The position numbers and the translations under genes are program-made. A DNA stretch of 64,000 bases from a virus. Shown piece by piece: positions 50,480-60,087 of the stretch. The stretch lies in IMG/VR virus record IMGVR_UViG_3300027779_003464, positions 54,608 to 118,607 of that record. One strand, given 5' to 3'. The notes beneath the pieces were generated by a model. The model was given only the letters and a program-made list of their open reading frames with translations, searched no databases and was not told the DNA's origin. The stretch's first letter is position 1; each line of letters opens with the position of its first letter.

Positions 50480-51298
50480 TTATTTTAAAGAATCTTCGTC
50501 TTTTATAATAAGTAGATAGGTTAAACATGTGTATAGATCTGCGAACCATACTGGCGCTTCATGTGGATAAAACATTCTCATTGATTGATCCAGCTTCTCC
50601 ATTCTTTTAGTATAGGTTAAACTAGGATTTTGTTTACTTATTGACTCGAATAGTATTAGCATTTTCTTAAGATATGGATATCCCGTCGTAAGTTCTACAT
50701 TAGTTCTACCGGTATGGCAGTCATGTCCATATGGATTAGTAGCCTTATTTACTGATTTTATATTATCTAATCCTTTTTTATAGTAGTCAAATATATTATC
50801 GTAGTCCTCGCTTATTTCAAATATATCTTTTCGTTTATATCCAGTTACTTCATATGCTAGGTTTCTCATTTTCTGTAACCACACTGTATCTAAAGTTGAG
50901 GTCATCCTTAATGTTTCTCCTATTCCATTTAATATTTCTATAGAGTCTATTGTGTTTAATCTGCATTGAGTTATAATAATAGGAAATAAAGTAATGATAC
51001 CTCCATAGTTAAGACGACATCCTGTTCTTCCACGTAAAGAATCCTTTTGAGCTTTATAACATAGATCATAAGTAAGAGGAAGTAATGTAGTTTTAGAATC
51101 CTTGGCTTCATTCAATCGCGTAGCCAGTTCTCTGAACGCTTCCCCTATATTTACTCCACCTATTAGGAAATTCTCTAGCTTTACTTCCTCACACATATCC
51201 TTAGATCTAGTAGTTAGACCTGGTTTTTCTGGTATAGGTTCTAGGATAAATGCCAATTGCGCAGCTCTTGCTACTTCATATGCCTCAATCTTATTCAT
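50480..51298 (-). CDS. CitG/MdcB-like (triphosphoribosyl-dephospho-CoA synthase fold) protein
   Basis: N-term AAQLAFILE...KPGLTTR, LNYG.I.L.P, C-term ADL - pattern of CitG homologues. Confidence 0.55.
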   Translation of the reverse strand: MNKIEAYEVARAAQLAFILEPIPEKPGLTTRSKDMCEEVKLENFLIGGVNIGEAFRELATRLNEAKDSKTTLLPLTYDLCYKAQKDSLRGRTGCRLNYGGIITLFPIIITQCRLNTIDSIEILNGIGETLRMTSTLDTVWLQKMRNLAYEVTGYKRKDIFEISEDYDNIFDYYKKGLDNIKSVNKATNPYGHDCHTGRTNVELTTGYPYLKKMLILFESISKQNPSLTYTKRMEKLDQSMRMFYPHEAPVWFADLYTCLTYLLIIKDEDSLK

Positions 51299-51773
51299 GA
51301 TCTTTATTCAAAAATTTTTTTATGTCACTCCATTCCCACTGTACACCAAACTTCATTTTGGGACCTTTATGATTTTCCCAGAGACTTTTGTGAAAATCTT
51401 TATTGTAGGAAGAAGTTAATATCGCCTGTCTCCATCGTCTGTCATACATATCCCACTGCTTCATGTCTCCTCCGGTTCTTTCAATTTCTCTCTTTAGTCG
51501 GTTGTTGTAGTTTGTTTCAGCATCTAGATCAAGCCATATTAGTATATCAGCATCTTTAGCTATTTCTTTTGCGCCATACTCTTCTCCCCAAGCGCCTTCA
51601 ATTATCCAACTGTCATGTTTAAGATGTTCACGTAAGGAATCAAAGTATTTTCCTTTGTCTTCCCAAGGTTTTAATTTGTCAAGATGCAGAATAGAGATAT
51701 CGTAATCTTTAAGTATTCTATTTGCTAGCTTAGTTTTGCCGTTGCCCTTCTTTCCGAATATGTATATCTTCAT
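51291..51773 (-). CDS. P-loop kinase (adenylate kinase / FlaR-like)
   Basis: KIYIFGKKGNGKTKLA, LHLD, WIIEG, ADILIWLD. Confidence 0.75.
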   Translation of the reverse strand: MKIYIFGKKGNGKTKLANRILKDYDISILHLDKLKPWEDKGKYFDSLREHLKHDSWIIEGAWGEEYGAKEIAKDADILIWLDLDAETNYNNRLKREIERTGGDMKQWDMYDRRWRQAILTSSYNKDFHKSLWENHKGPKMKFGVQWEWSDIKKFLNKDHE

Positions 51774-52407
51774 CTAGTTTATTTATAGTCTATTGTTTAC
51801 TACGGAGTAACTCCTTCTACGGCTATCGGGCAACGTAGTTCCTGGTGCCGCGGCCCTACTTAATAATATTAATAAAAAGAATAACTCTATATAAGATAAA
51901 AGAAATTATATTTAATATCCTATAGACATTACTTAACCTATAGCTATCAAATAAAATAACCTTATCTATATAAACATTATCTTATACCGAGTTACTATTT
52001 TTAGATCTAGGTACAGGAATAAAAAAGGATAAAGGAATAACCCTTATCCTTAAGCTATAGAATAAGCTTTCGCTATAGGCTAAAGAAATCCAAAGCTAAC
52101 CCCAAGTATCCGGCTACCACGACCAGCGAGGTCTCAAGATATACAACAGGGGGACTACGGAGTCCCTGGCCTACGCTTACCCTCACGTTGGCCTCTGGGT
52201 ACTATAAAGGTTTTCTAGTGTTGGGCGTCTTTCCCGAGCCGTCTAGAAAAATATTCGAGCGAGGGAGCCAACATGTGCTCGCCCTACCCGGTGCTCTAGC
52301 TCGCTCATGTCTTGACAAAAGAATACTATCCCCTTAATAAATAATACTATAGATTATCACAGGTGTGACTACGGAGTACCTGGTTAATCTCAAATAAAAC
52401 TTATGAT
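51774..52407. other. 630-bp non-coding, partly GC-rich region with several inverted repeats (origin/terminus or ncRNA candidate)
   Basis: No ORF >=60 aa; stems at 52151-52166, 52211-52250 and 52257-52306; three CTACGGAGT copies. Confidence 0.5.
52021..52050 (-). terminator. intrinsic terminator-like hairpin with no adjacent upstream CDS
   Basis: Minus strand AGGAUAAGGG-UUAUU-CCUUUAUCCU followed by a U tract. Confidence 0.5.
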
Positions 52408-52989
52408 ATGACTAAAAAGGAGGCAATAGAAGTTATAGGATGTTCCTGGAGTACCTTGAGACGCTATGTCGGTAGGGGACTGATAGGAACCACCACTCTA
52501 CAGAATGGCCACAAGAACTATTGGGAAGACGATGTCTATGCCATGGTAGGTAAACGAATACCACAAGAACATTGGATAGCTATATACTGCCGGGTCAATG
52601 GTAAGTCTAAGGAGGCCGATGAAAAACTACTAGAACAGAAGAGAATTATCTATAGCTGGTGCGCTAAGCGAGGTATTACTATAGATAAAGTATACGAGGA
52701 GCGAGGTCCTTCTACGGAGTACTCACCGGAGCGTCGCCCTGTACTACATTCACTTATGCAAGATATATTTAGTAAGAAGGTAGATGCTGTTATAGTAGAG
52801 ACTAAAGATAGAATAGCTAGAGTCGGCTGGGACATGTTCCAAGAGATGTTTAAGTACCACGGCGTAGAGCCAATAGTTATTAATAAGGTAATTGAAGATC
52901 CGTTCTATCAAGCTGAACAGGCGGATGATATAACTAAGATACTAGAACAGGCTAAGATAGACCGCCTAGGAGATATCAAGAAAGATTAA
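52408..52989 (+). CDS. IS607 TnpA-like serine recombinase (MerR-type HTH plus resolvase domain), catalytic Ser replaced by Asn
   Basis: KEAIEVIGCSWSTLRRY...G...Y HTH; IYCRVN (canonical YxRVS); KDRIAR.G; no tnpB nearby. Confidence 0.85.
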   Translation: MTKKEAIEVIGCSWSTLRRYVGRGLIGTTTLQNGHKNYWEDDVYAMVGKRIPQEHWIAIYCRVNGKSKEADEKLLEQKRIIYSWCAKRGITIDKVYEERGPSTEYSPERRPVLHSLMQDIFSKKVDAVIVETKDRIARVGWDMFQEMFKYHGVEPIVINKVIEDPFYQAEQADDITKILEQAKIDRLGDIKKD

Positions 52990-53262
52990 TAGATCACGCC
53001 TAGGACACTCAATCTTCCATCATCAGTATATCTAGTATAGGATATAAAACATCATCGTCTAATAACAATAAATCACTATTTCCCGAATCACCCCGCGGAG
53101 CTAGTACATCTAGGGATCCAAAGTTCTCGGCGGGCACGGGAACCGAGCGAACAGGTATCCCATTGGATTTAAAGTGTCAATTTTTGATACTATACTAGTT
53201 GGCTCGGCCCGAGCGAGAAGTGGAAGTCTACCAGATCGCACTGTTGGCTCCTGGCTTGGAGC

Positions 53263-53290
53263 AAAAAAAAGGCCCAACCGAAGTTAGACC
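53263..53290 (-). terminator. intrinsic terminator
   Basis: GGUCUAAC-UUCG-GUUGGGCC followed by U8. Confidence 0.85.
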
Positions 53291-53316
53291 CTTTTCCCCC
53301 TAAAAATAAACAATTA

Positions 53317-54495
53317 TTATAGACTCGCGTATTGTGCGAATTCTAAATCATATCCTTCAGTAGTACCTTTAGCAAATAATTCTCCTGCTCTGTACTTTAA
53401 TTCGTGTTGATTATCCAATGGAAAACCTGCATTGTTAGAACCTAAGAAGGTCATTGAATTAACTACATCCCAAATGGTCATACCCGTTTTGATGAAAGCT
53501 TTCTGGCGATCAGCGAGTTTTGTAGGATCTTTTCCTTTTCTAGAAATTCTGGCTAAAGTATCTCCGTATGAATGGAAATAGTTTCTAGCTATAGAGTTCT
53601 GATATTGTTTCTTAATTGATGCGTCTCCTTCTTCTAGTTTATTTGTTGATAACCTAAAGGCGTTTTCAATTTCTTGTAGACTGGCTTTTGTTTGAGTAGC
53701 CTTATTGATAGCTGCTTCAAAGCCCGCTGGTTGAAACCCGTTCTTCTTCATTAAGTCTATCTTATTAAGAAATATCCTAACATCTTCTGCTCCGGTTCCT
53801 TGTAATCTAAATTTATCTTCGAATACAATAGCACTATTGTTTCCAATAGCTCCTTCACCTAAACTTACTCTTAATCCATTATCACATATGAGCCTTTGAT
53901 TATAGGACTCTACTATGGTATCTTTATTAGTTTGAATAAGAGAGAAACCAAATTTAAAGAACTCGTCTTTACCAGCTTGAGCAAAGCCAACCTCATCGTT
54001 GTTAAGTAGGTTTATACTTGACGTTCCGTTATATGGATTGTAATCGACAGTTTCAAGAGATAATTTAGGATTATCATTTAATATTCTTTCAGTCACATCA
54101 AAGAGGGTATCGTTAGTAACTCTTTTATATCTATTAGGAGAACAAATATCTACAACCTCTTTAGTCTTAGTGTTTGCAATAAGCATTACATCTTTCGTTC
54201 TCTTAGACGCAGCATAATCTTTTAGACCATTGATAAGTAATGATGCGATCTTATGATCTCCTGATTTAAGCATCTCACGTGTAAGACTTGTGTTTAACTT
54301 AAGCATACTTCCTAATTTATAAAAGAACCTATCAGATACGCTGACCTGTTGGCCACTGACTATTATTCTTTGTTTAATTAGACTATTACTATCTACTGAA
54401 ATAGCACCGATCGGAACTTGTCTGACTGCCTGTTCGGCTTGTCCTATCGTTTCTTTAATTTCTGCGAATTGATTTTCGCTAATTGTTTTTTTCAT
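53317..54495 (-). CDS. DUF932-like phage/plasmid protein
   Basis: RLICDNG motif and T.WD.VN..T C-term resemble the DUF932/DUF945 family. Confidence 0.5.
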   Translation of the reverse strand: MKKTISENQFAEIKETIGQAEQAVRQVPIGAISVDSNSLIKQRIIVSGQQVSVSDRFFYKLGSMLKLNTSLTREMLKSGDHKIASLLINGLKDYAASKRTKDVMLIANTKTKEVVDICSPNRYKRVTNDTLFDVTERILNDNPKLSLETVDYNPYNGTSSINLLNNDEVGFAQAGKDEFFKFGFSLIQTNKDTIVESYNQRLICDNGLRVSLGEGAIGNNSAIVFEDKFRLQGTGAEDVRIFLNKIDLMKKNGFQPAGFEAAINKATQTKASLQEIENAFRLSTNKLEEGDASIKKQYQNSIARNYFHSYGDTLARISRKGKDPTKLADRQKAFIKTGMTIWDVVNSMTFLGSNNAGFPLDNQHELKYRAGELFAKGTTEGYDLEFAQYASL

Positions 54496-54526
54496 TTGTT
54501 TAAATTTAAAGGTTAATTAATTATAC

Positions 54527-55651
54527 TTATATTTTCTTTTTAATTTCATTAGTTATTTCTAATGGGATATCTACGGAGTCATTTTCGTCTAAGTTAATTT
54601 CTGCTCCTCTAATAAATATGTCCTCAAACTTTTTACTTAGGTCTACTTGACGTACCGACTCAGCACTTTCAATCTCTTTAAGTTCGGCTGTCTCTTCAAA
54701 TCTAGTTTCATCGAATACTATTTCGCCATCCTTTAAGTTAAAGTATAATCTTTTACCGATCGCGGATCCTCCTCTTCTATTCTTAGAAAACTCTACATAT
54801 CTTAACCCAGCCTCATCAAATAATATCTCCATCATTGCAGTAGTAGCATGTTTTAGATAGGTCGACCCAACGTACTGTCCTCCTTTAGTCATATGCTGGA
54901 TCGCAAGGATAGCACATCCACTCTTCTCAGCGGAGTCAATCATAACGTTAGTTAACCATGACGTAGCGAAGGTTGTCTTCCAATTATGAACTTCTTTCAA
55001 TTTAACAAGAACATCTTGGTAGGAGTCAAGTAAAATGATATCATAGCCATCAGTAAAAGTTTGCATCAATACCTGATCGAGCTGTCCGGTCTTTACGTAA
55101 TCCATTAGCAGGAGAGTTGGTACGTCAGCAATAGATGGAGTCTTCTTATAATAGAATAAGATATCGTTTCTAGTCATCTCACTAGATATATAAAGTATCT
55201 TAGCGTCTGGGTTTTCTTTCTTAATTGAAGCTAACATATCAAGTAATAAAGTAGATTTACCTACGCCTGATTCTCCAATAACTATATTAACCGTTCCGCC
55301 ATATAGACCTCCACCTTCTTCGTGGTCAGACAATATATTATCAATTGCCTTGCCTGTCTTATGTAAAGAAAAGCTAGGAAATACCATATCTTTAATTGCA
55401 ATAACTTCTGCCTTGATAGGTTTGACTACTACGGAGTCATCCTTAAACGTTTTAGCTATCTCACTGTGGCCCTCTTCTACTATCTTTTTCATAGTACTAT
55501 TAAGACAACCATAGGAAATTTCAGGATGATCTATCTCAAACTTCCTGAAGACGTCAATTACTTTTGCATTGGTAGGTACTTTACCTTCCATTGTAGTGTT
55601 AAACCATTCTCTAACACGTTGTTCTTTTTTTGTTCCTTTCAATTGGATCAT
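54527..55651 (-). CDS. RadA/Sms-like RecA-family ATPase (no Lon domain)
   Basis: GESGVGKSTL, YISSEM, IILLDS.Q, HMTKGG..VGS..LKH, KNRRG (RadA KNRFG). Confidence 0.8.
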   Translation of the reverse strand: MIQLKGTKKEQRVREWFNTTMEGKVPTNAKVIDVFRKFEIDHPEISYGCLNSTMKKIVEEGHSEIAKTFKDDSVVVKPIKAEVIAIKDMVFPSFSLHKTGKAIDNILSDHEEGGGLYGGTVNIVIGESGVGKSTLLLDMLASIKKENPDAKILYISSEMTRNDILFYYKKTPSIADVPTLLLMDYVKTGQLDQVLMQTFTDGYDIILLDSYQDVLVKLKEVHNWKTTFATSWLTNVMIDSAEKSGCAILAIQHMTKGGQYVGSTYLKHATTAMMEILFDEAGLRYVEFSKNRRGGSAIGKRLYFNLKDGEIVFDETRFEETAELKEIESAESVRQVDLSKKFEDIFIRGAEINLDENDSVDIPLEITNEIKKKI

Positions 55652-55719
55652 GTTTATTATTTTTAGGGATTAATAATTAATTGTAAATATAGAAATAATT
55701 TTTGACAAATAAAAATATT

Positions 55720-56175
55720 TTATGAATTATTTTCAGATAATTTTTTAAGAGCTGAGTGTTCCTCATTCGATAAACCTTTTACTCCTACTTCTTTTATTCT
55801 ATCTAATAGATCATCTAAGTACCATACCTTCTTAGCTTCTCCTACTCCATGAAATTCTTCAAATGCTTTCTTCATTTCATTAAATGATATTTTATCAGTG
55901 ATCCTGCCTACACAAAAATCAAACTTGACTGAGCTGTCATATAGTTTAAATATCATATAAGGTAGGATTGAATCAGTCTCTTTCATTAGTATATTAAAGA
56001 CTTCTTCAATTTGTTCTGAGGTGTGATCTGTGTGAATCAGGGATAGTATACCTATAGGTAAAGGCATACCCATTTGCCCATCTAATTTACTATCACATAT
56101 AGCGTGTATTGCGGCTATATCTACTTCTGATGCTTCTTGATCTCCAAATCTAATAATTACATAGGATTCTTTCAT
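55720..56175 (-). CDS. hypothetical protein
   Basis: C-term LDDLLDRI...G...LS.EE...L (DUF6576-like ending). Confidence 0.6.
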   Translation of the reverse strand: MKESYVIIRFGDQEASEVDIAAIHAICDSKLDGQMGMPLPIGILSLIHTDHTSEQIEEVFNILMKETDSILPYMIFKLYDSSVKFDFCVGRITDKISFNEMKKAFEEFHGVGEAKKVWYLDDLLDRIKEVGVKGLSNEEHSALKKLSENNS

Positions 56176-56397
56176 ATTATTTGTTTTTAAGTGTTATTGT
56201 TATATTGTAAATATACTAAAAATGTTGGGAATAAAAAAATTTAGGGGAACTTTTTTTCAACTTTTCTACATCCCATCACGAGCGATTGTAAAGCCTAGAC
56301 ATATTTTTTCCCAGGGTATAAGTTGGCTCTATTCCCGAGCGAGAAAATCCTCGCTGTTAACATCTTTTCACATACTAGTTCGCTCTGGAGTATAGGC

Positions 56398-56425
56398 AAA
56401 AAAAGACCCAGATTTCTCCGGGCCT
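56398..56425 (-). terminator. intrinsic terminator
   Basis: GGCCCGGA-GAAA-UCUGGGUC followed by U7. Confidence 0.85.
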
Positions 56426-56452
56426 AATCAACAGCTATATAGACAGTACGCG

Positions 56453-56797
56453 CTACTGGGGATTTTCTTCTATTCTTTCTTTGTGGTATGTTATCATTCC
56501 TTTCTCTTCTTTTAATTTACCTTCATACCACTCTATACTTTCTCTAATACTTCTACGTTTCTTTCTAGTTTCTCCAGCTGAGGTACCTCTAACCGTATTT
56601 GCAAGAGGTCTAAGCGAACGTAGTTTAGTTTCAATAAACTTTATATTTTCCTTAGATTGTTGTAATAACTCTTCATCAGATATTTCTTCTAACATATGCT
56701 CGGGTAATCTAGTCTTCGGCTTAGCGATAGATTTTACTCTATTGATAGCAAAGGAACCTAGGTCCGCAAATAAAGAGTTTTTTAAAGTGTTTAACAT
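56453..56797 (-). CDS. hypothetical protein (possibly leaderless)
   Basis: ATG only a few nt after the promoter -7 box. Confidence 0.55.
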   Translation of the reverse strand: MLNTLKNSLFADLGSFAINRVKSIAKPKTRLPEHMLEEISDEELLQQSKENIKFIETKLRSLRPLANTVRGTSAGETRKKRRSIRESIEWYEGKLKEEKGMITYHKERIEENPQ

Positions 56798-57036
56798 ATT
56801 GTAAATATAAGAAAAATATTTGACATAAAAAAATATTATGTTACTTTTTTGTTTTTAATTGTTGTCTTATTGTATTACGTTTTGATATAAGTCTAGAGGT
56901 TTCTTCATCATCATTCTTATATCTTTTTAACTTCTTATCAATAAGGTTTAATTCATTTAGTTTGGCTAGCTGTGTTTTGTTGGTACCATTCTTTCTTCTC
57001 GACATTTTTAAAACTGGTTCTAAATTAATATTATGT

Positions 57037-57228
57037 TCACGCTTCCCCGCGAGTATTAACCGCAGACATTACCATTCCAAGTCTAGCTGGTAACACTACT
57101 CCAGAGTTACATGAGTTACAGCATCTACCTCGATTAACAGGTTCTGCATTATTCCCGTGATCCCATATAACTTCTCCTTCTGAATCCTTAATCTTTTCTA
57201 TTTCTTTTTCGCAAATTGAACACTTCAT
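57037..57228 (-). CDS. small Cys-rich Zn-binding phage protein
   Basis: MKCSIC...GNNAEPV..GRCC..CN..V.PAR. Confidence 0.65.
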   Translation of the reverse strand: MKCSICEKEIEKIKDSEGEVIWDHGNNAEPVNRGRCCNSCNSGVVLPARLGMVMSAVNTRGEA

Positions 57229-57229
57229 A

Positions 57230-57424
57230 TTATTGATTTTTTATTAATTGTATCTCGTTGTATATTTGTTGTAATATTTCTAATTTACCTAAAGTAATAT
57301 CTGCATACATAGTCTCTCCTACTTTTGCTACAGTAACTGATTGTCTGTATTCTTCTTCTAATAAGGTTATGTTATCCTCTATTAGTTTTTTAATTTCAGA
57401 TATTTTATCTTTTTCCTTAGACAT
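57230..57424 (-). CDS. hypothetical protein
   Basis: Packed ORF. Confidence 0.5.
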   Translation of the reverse strand: MSKEKDKISEIKKLIEDNITLLEEEYRQSVTVAKVGETMYADITLGKLEILQQIYNEIQLIKNQ

Positions 57425-57427
57425 TGA

Positions 57428-57730
57428 CTACGGAGTAGATATAATTAATGAATCTGTTACGTTGCTTACGTTATTAAAGTTAGGTGTTGTTCTAACTAAA
57501 GCAAGTAACTCTCCATTTTCATTGGTAATAAATGATACTCTTCCATTATTATAAGAAGCCTCCCAGGTACAATCCCAAGGTACTTCGTTATTCGGAGACA
57601 TATCTAATATTTCCTCAGGAACATCGCAGGAATATAAATTATATTCAGTCTGTTCTGTTGTACCTGCGTTTGGTGTTGTGCATGCGGATATTAATAATAT
57701 CCCTAATGCTAAGCTTAATATCTTTTTCAT
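57428..57730 (-). CDS. putative lipoprotein
   Basis: MKKILSLALGILLISAC lipobox; stop codon lies within a CTACGGAGT motif. Confidence 0.65.
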   Translation of the reverse strand: MKKILSLALGILLISACTTPNAGTTEQTEYNLYSCDVPEEILDMSPNNEVPWDCTWEASYNNGRVSFITNENGELLALVRTTPNFNNVSNVTDSLIISTP

Positions 57731-57792
57731 AGTTTGATTTTTAAGGGTTCATATAGTAAATATACTAAAAATTACTGACATAAAAAAATTAT

Positions 57793-58044
57793 TTAGTACT
57801 TTTTTATTTTTGCAATGATAACTTCTTTTTCTCCGGCGCCATCTACTATTGTAACAATATTAGAAATCTTCACTCGTTCAAGGGCCGCCTTATATCCAAG
57901 CCTTGGATTTTTTATCTCTCCGATAGACAGAGCCGCGTTATACGCAGCCTTAAAGCTACTCGCCGCTCCACAGTTTTGCCGGATGGTCTCTCCCAAAGGG
58001 GAGTAGATATCAAGAGAACCTAGTATGAAATACATATCCTTCAC
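57793..58044 (-). CDS. hypothetical protein
   Basis: Coupled ORF (ATGA overlap). Confidence 0.5.
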   Translation of the reverse strand: MKDMYFILGSLDIYSPLGETIRQNCGAASSFKAAYNAALSIGEIKNPRLGYKAALERVKISNIVTIVDGAGEKEVIIAKIKKY

Positions 58045-58316
58045 TCTTGTTTACCTTTTATTTTATCTATAATATTTCTTACTACCGAACAGTTTTCATA
58101 TTCCTCTATTGATACAAAATAATCCATCACCTTAGTAAGAGCCTTAATCTTATCAGCTGACGGTGTAGGATCATCTACCGCATACTCTTTATTATTATTA
58201 ATAGATTCAAATACTAATGAATAAAATCCATGTATATCCTCTTTCTTTAATCGAGCTAATAACTTTAATAGTTTAATATCTGCAGGTAGCAGATGCTTTT
58301 TAAAATCTTCCTTCAT
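58041..58316 (-). CDS. protein with UvrB/UvrC-like C-terminal motif
   Basis: YFVSIEEYENCSVVR. Confidence 0.55.
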   Translation of the reverse strand: MKEDFKKHLLPADIKLLKLLARLKKEDIHGFYSLVFESINNNKEYAVDDPTPSADKIKALTKVMDYFVSIEEYENCSVVRNIIDKIKGKQE

Positions 58317-58761
58317 ATTCTTTTGTTTTACATTTATTTAAATATTCAGATATAATTGATTCATAGTTATCCTTATAGTATTTTTCATCTAAACATTTAT
58401 GATACATTATACTTCTTTCATCACAATGATTTAAATTAAATACATAGTGGCCTAACTCATGGAATAGTATTACCCTTGTTGTATAGGGTCCACTACGGAG
58501 TTCATCTATATTTAACATTATAATACTATTATACTTATCTGAAACTCCAGCGTGACTACTGCTATTACCAATTATAATATTATCTATTCGTTTAAATCCT
58601 GCCATATATTGAATATCATTATCTTCCATCAACCCTTTCCATTCTTCTACGAGTGAGGTTAATTGTGGATCAACGAACGGTTCTTGCTCGAATTTAGCAT
58701 ATTGCTTTGCTAAAAACAAAGTAACTAATACTATAATGAATATGTATTTAATAGATCTCAT
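58300..58761 (-). CDS. secreted/membrane metzincin-like metalloprotease
   Basis: N-term TM helix; FHELGHYVFNLNH...SIM (Met-turn). Confidence 0.75.
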   Translation of the reverse strand: MRSIKYIFIIVLVTLFLAKQYAKFEQEPFVDPQLTSLVEEWKGLMEDNDIQYMAGFKRIDNIIIGNSSSHAGVSDKYNSIIMLNIDELRSGPYTTRVILFHELGHYVFNLNHCDERSIMYHKCLDEKYYKDNYESIISEYLNKCKTKEYEGRF

Positions 58762-58796
58762 GTGTAAATATAATAAATTTTTTTGACATTTAATAA

Positions 58797-59144
58797 TTAA
58801 TTAGACTTTTCTTCTTCAATAGATTTTTGTGCCTGTTTAAATATTAGGTCAGCAGCCTCTTCACCAAACATATCATTAACCATTCCTTCAAGAAAAGTTA
58901 AGCCGTCTTCTACTTTCCTAATATATAGTTTATCTACTTTCTTATCATTTACATTAGTTACTGCTCCTGAAATAATTAGGTCTGCTATATCTTTTATTAC
59001 ATCATAGTATATACTAGTACTGTGGTATAATCCTACTATTTCTGTTGGAGATAAATCCTGTATTTGAGCATCTTGAAAGAAGAAATCCTTTCCGATCTCA
59101 TGGTCATCCTCACCATTAAATATAATTACGCTAGTTGGTCCCAT
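58797..59144 (-). CDS. hypothetical protein
   Basis: 115 aa ORF. Confidence 0.55.
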   Translation of the reverse strand: MGPTSVIIFNGEDDHEIGKDFFFQDAQIQDLSPTEIVGLYHSTSIYYDVIKDIADLIISGAVTNVNDKKVDKLYIRKVEDGLTFLEGMVNDMFGEEAADLIFKQAQKSIEEEKSN

Positions 59145-59145
59145 T

Positions 59146-59880
59146 TTAAATATTGTTAGTTAATTTATAATTATCTTTCAAAGTCTGTCTAGCTTGATTT
59201 AGGATTTGACATACTCTAACTTGAGTTATTCCTACTCTTTCAGCTATTTCGATAGTAGGTACTTCATGTCCAGTTTCTATTCCATAGTATAATCTTATTA
59301 TCGTTTGGTCTCTATCTTTTAAAGTAGATAATAATGAATTAACTTTTTCCCGAAAGAACTCTCGGTTGTGATCACCGTTTACTGATGGCTCTACTTGAGT
59401 AAGATAATCTGCTCTTGTAGTAGTTGATTCACTTGATACGAAATCATCCATTTTTACGGTACTTAGATTATCTACATCTTCTCCATTTTTAATTGAGAGA
59501 TATCTTTGATATTCTTGATTAACAGGTAACCTAACTATTCTACCACATCGGTCAATTAATTCATTCATCATCTTAAGTATTCTGCTACTTGCAAAAGTAG
59601 CTAATCTTACATTCGAGTCTGGATCAAACCTATGAACTGATTCGTATAGTCCAATATTTCCCTGTTGAATAAGATCATCTACATCTATTCCTCTTCCCCT
59701 ATTCTTATTAGCTATAGTTACAACAATCTTTAGATTATGTTGAACCAACTTGTTTAAAGCAGCTTTGCTACCTTTGTGCGCTTTTCGCGCAAGACTTAAT
59801 TCCTCTTTTTTTGTTAGAGGATCTAAATTCTTAATAGATTTAAAGTATCTATCTAAACTTTCTGATTTTTGATAATACAT
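59146..59880 (-). CDS. RNA polymerase sigma-70 family factor (RpoD/SigA-like regions 1.2-4)
   Basis: LTKKEE..LA, LV.HNL..V..IA, DLIQQGNIGL...V.RFDP, RIVRLP, EIAERVGITQVRV.QI. Confidence 0.92.
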   Translation of the reverse strand: MYYQKSESLDRYFKSIKNLDPLTKKEELSLARKAHKGSKAALNKLVQHNLKIVVTIANKNRGRGIDVDDLIQQGNIGLYESVHRFDPDSNVRLATFASSRILKMMNELIDRCGRIVRLPVNQEYQRYLSIKNGEDVDNLSTVKMDDFVSSESTTTRADYLTQVEPSVNGDHNREFFREKVNSLLSTLKDRDQTIIRLYYGIETGHEVPTIEIAERVGITQVRVCQILNQARQTLKDNYKLTNNI

Positions 59881-59925
59881 GTGTTTGTTTTTAATTGTTA
59901 TTATTATGTTCTTTATTATAAATAT

Positions 59926-60087
59926 CTAGCTTTTCGGTAAAAGCCTCTCCATTATTCCATTATAATCTAATTCATACGTTTTATAATGGTGATGCTCTCC
60001 GTATCTAGTTAATTCCTTTTTTAGTTTGTCAATAGCTTTAATTAACTCTGGTCCAAACTTTTTCTTTTCAATTTTTTTAGGGTTCAT
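59926..60087 (-). CDS. 53-aa hypothetical protein
   Basis: Read directly: MNPKKIEKKKFGPELIKAIDKL...; fills the gap between neighbouring genes. Confidence 0.35.
   Translation of the reverse strand: MNPKKIEKKKFGPELIKAIDKLKKELTRYGEHHHYKTYELDYNGIMERLLPKS

Noticed and set aside
51774-52989. IStron / group I intron upstream of the IS607-like gene
   Set aside because: AAGATATA and GACTA fragments occur in the wrong order for the R/S (P7) core, no interrupted gene flanks the region, and there is no tnpB.
52408-53300. Active IS607 element with TnpB and omegaRNA
   Set aside because: No TnpB ORF, the catalytic Ser is absent, and no element ends are recognisable.
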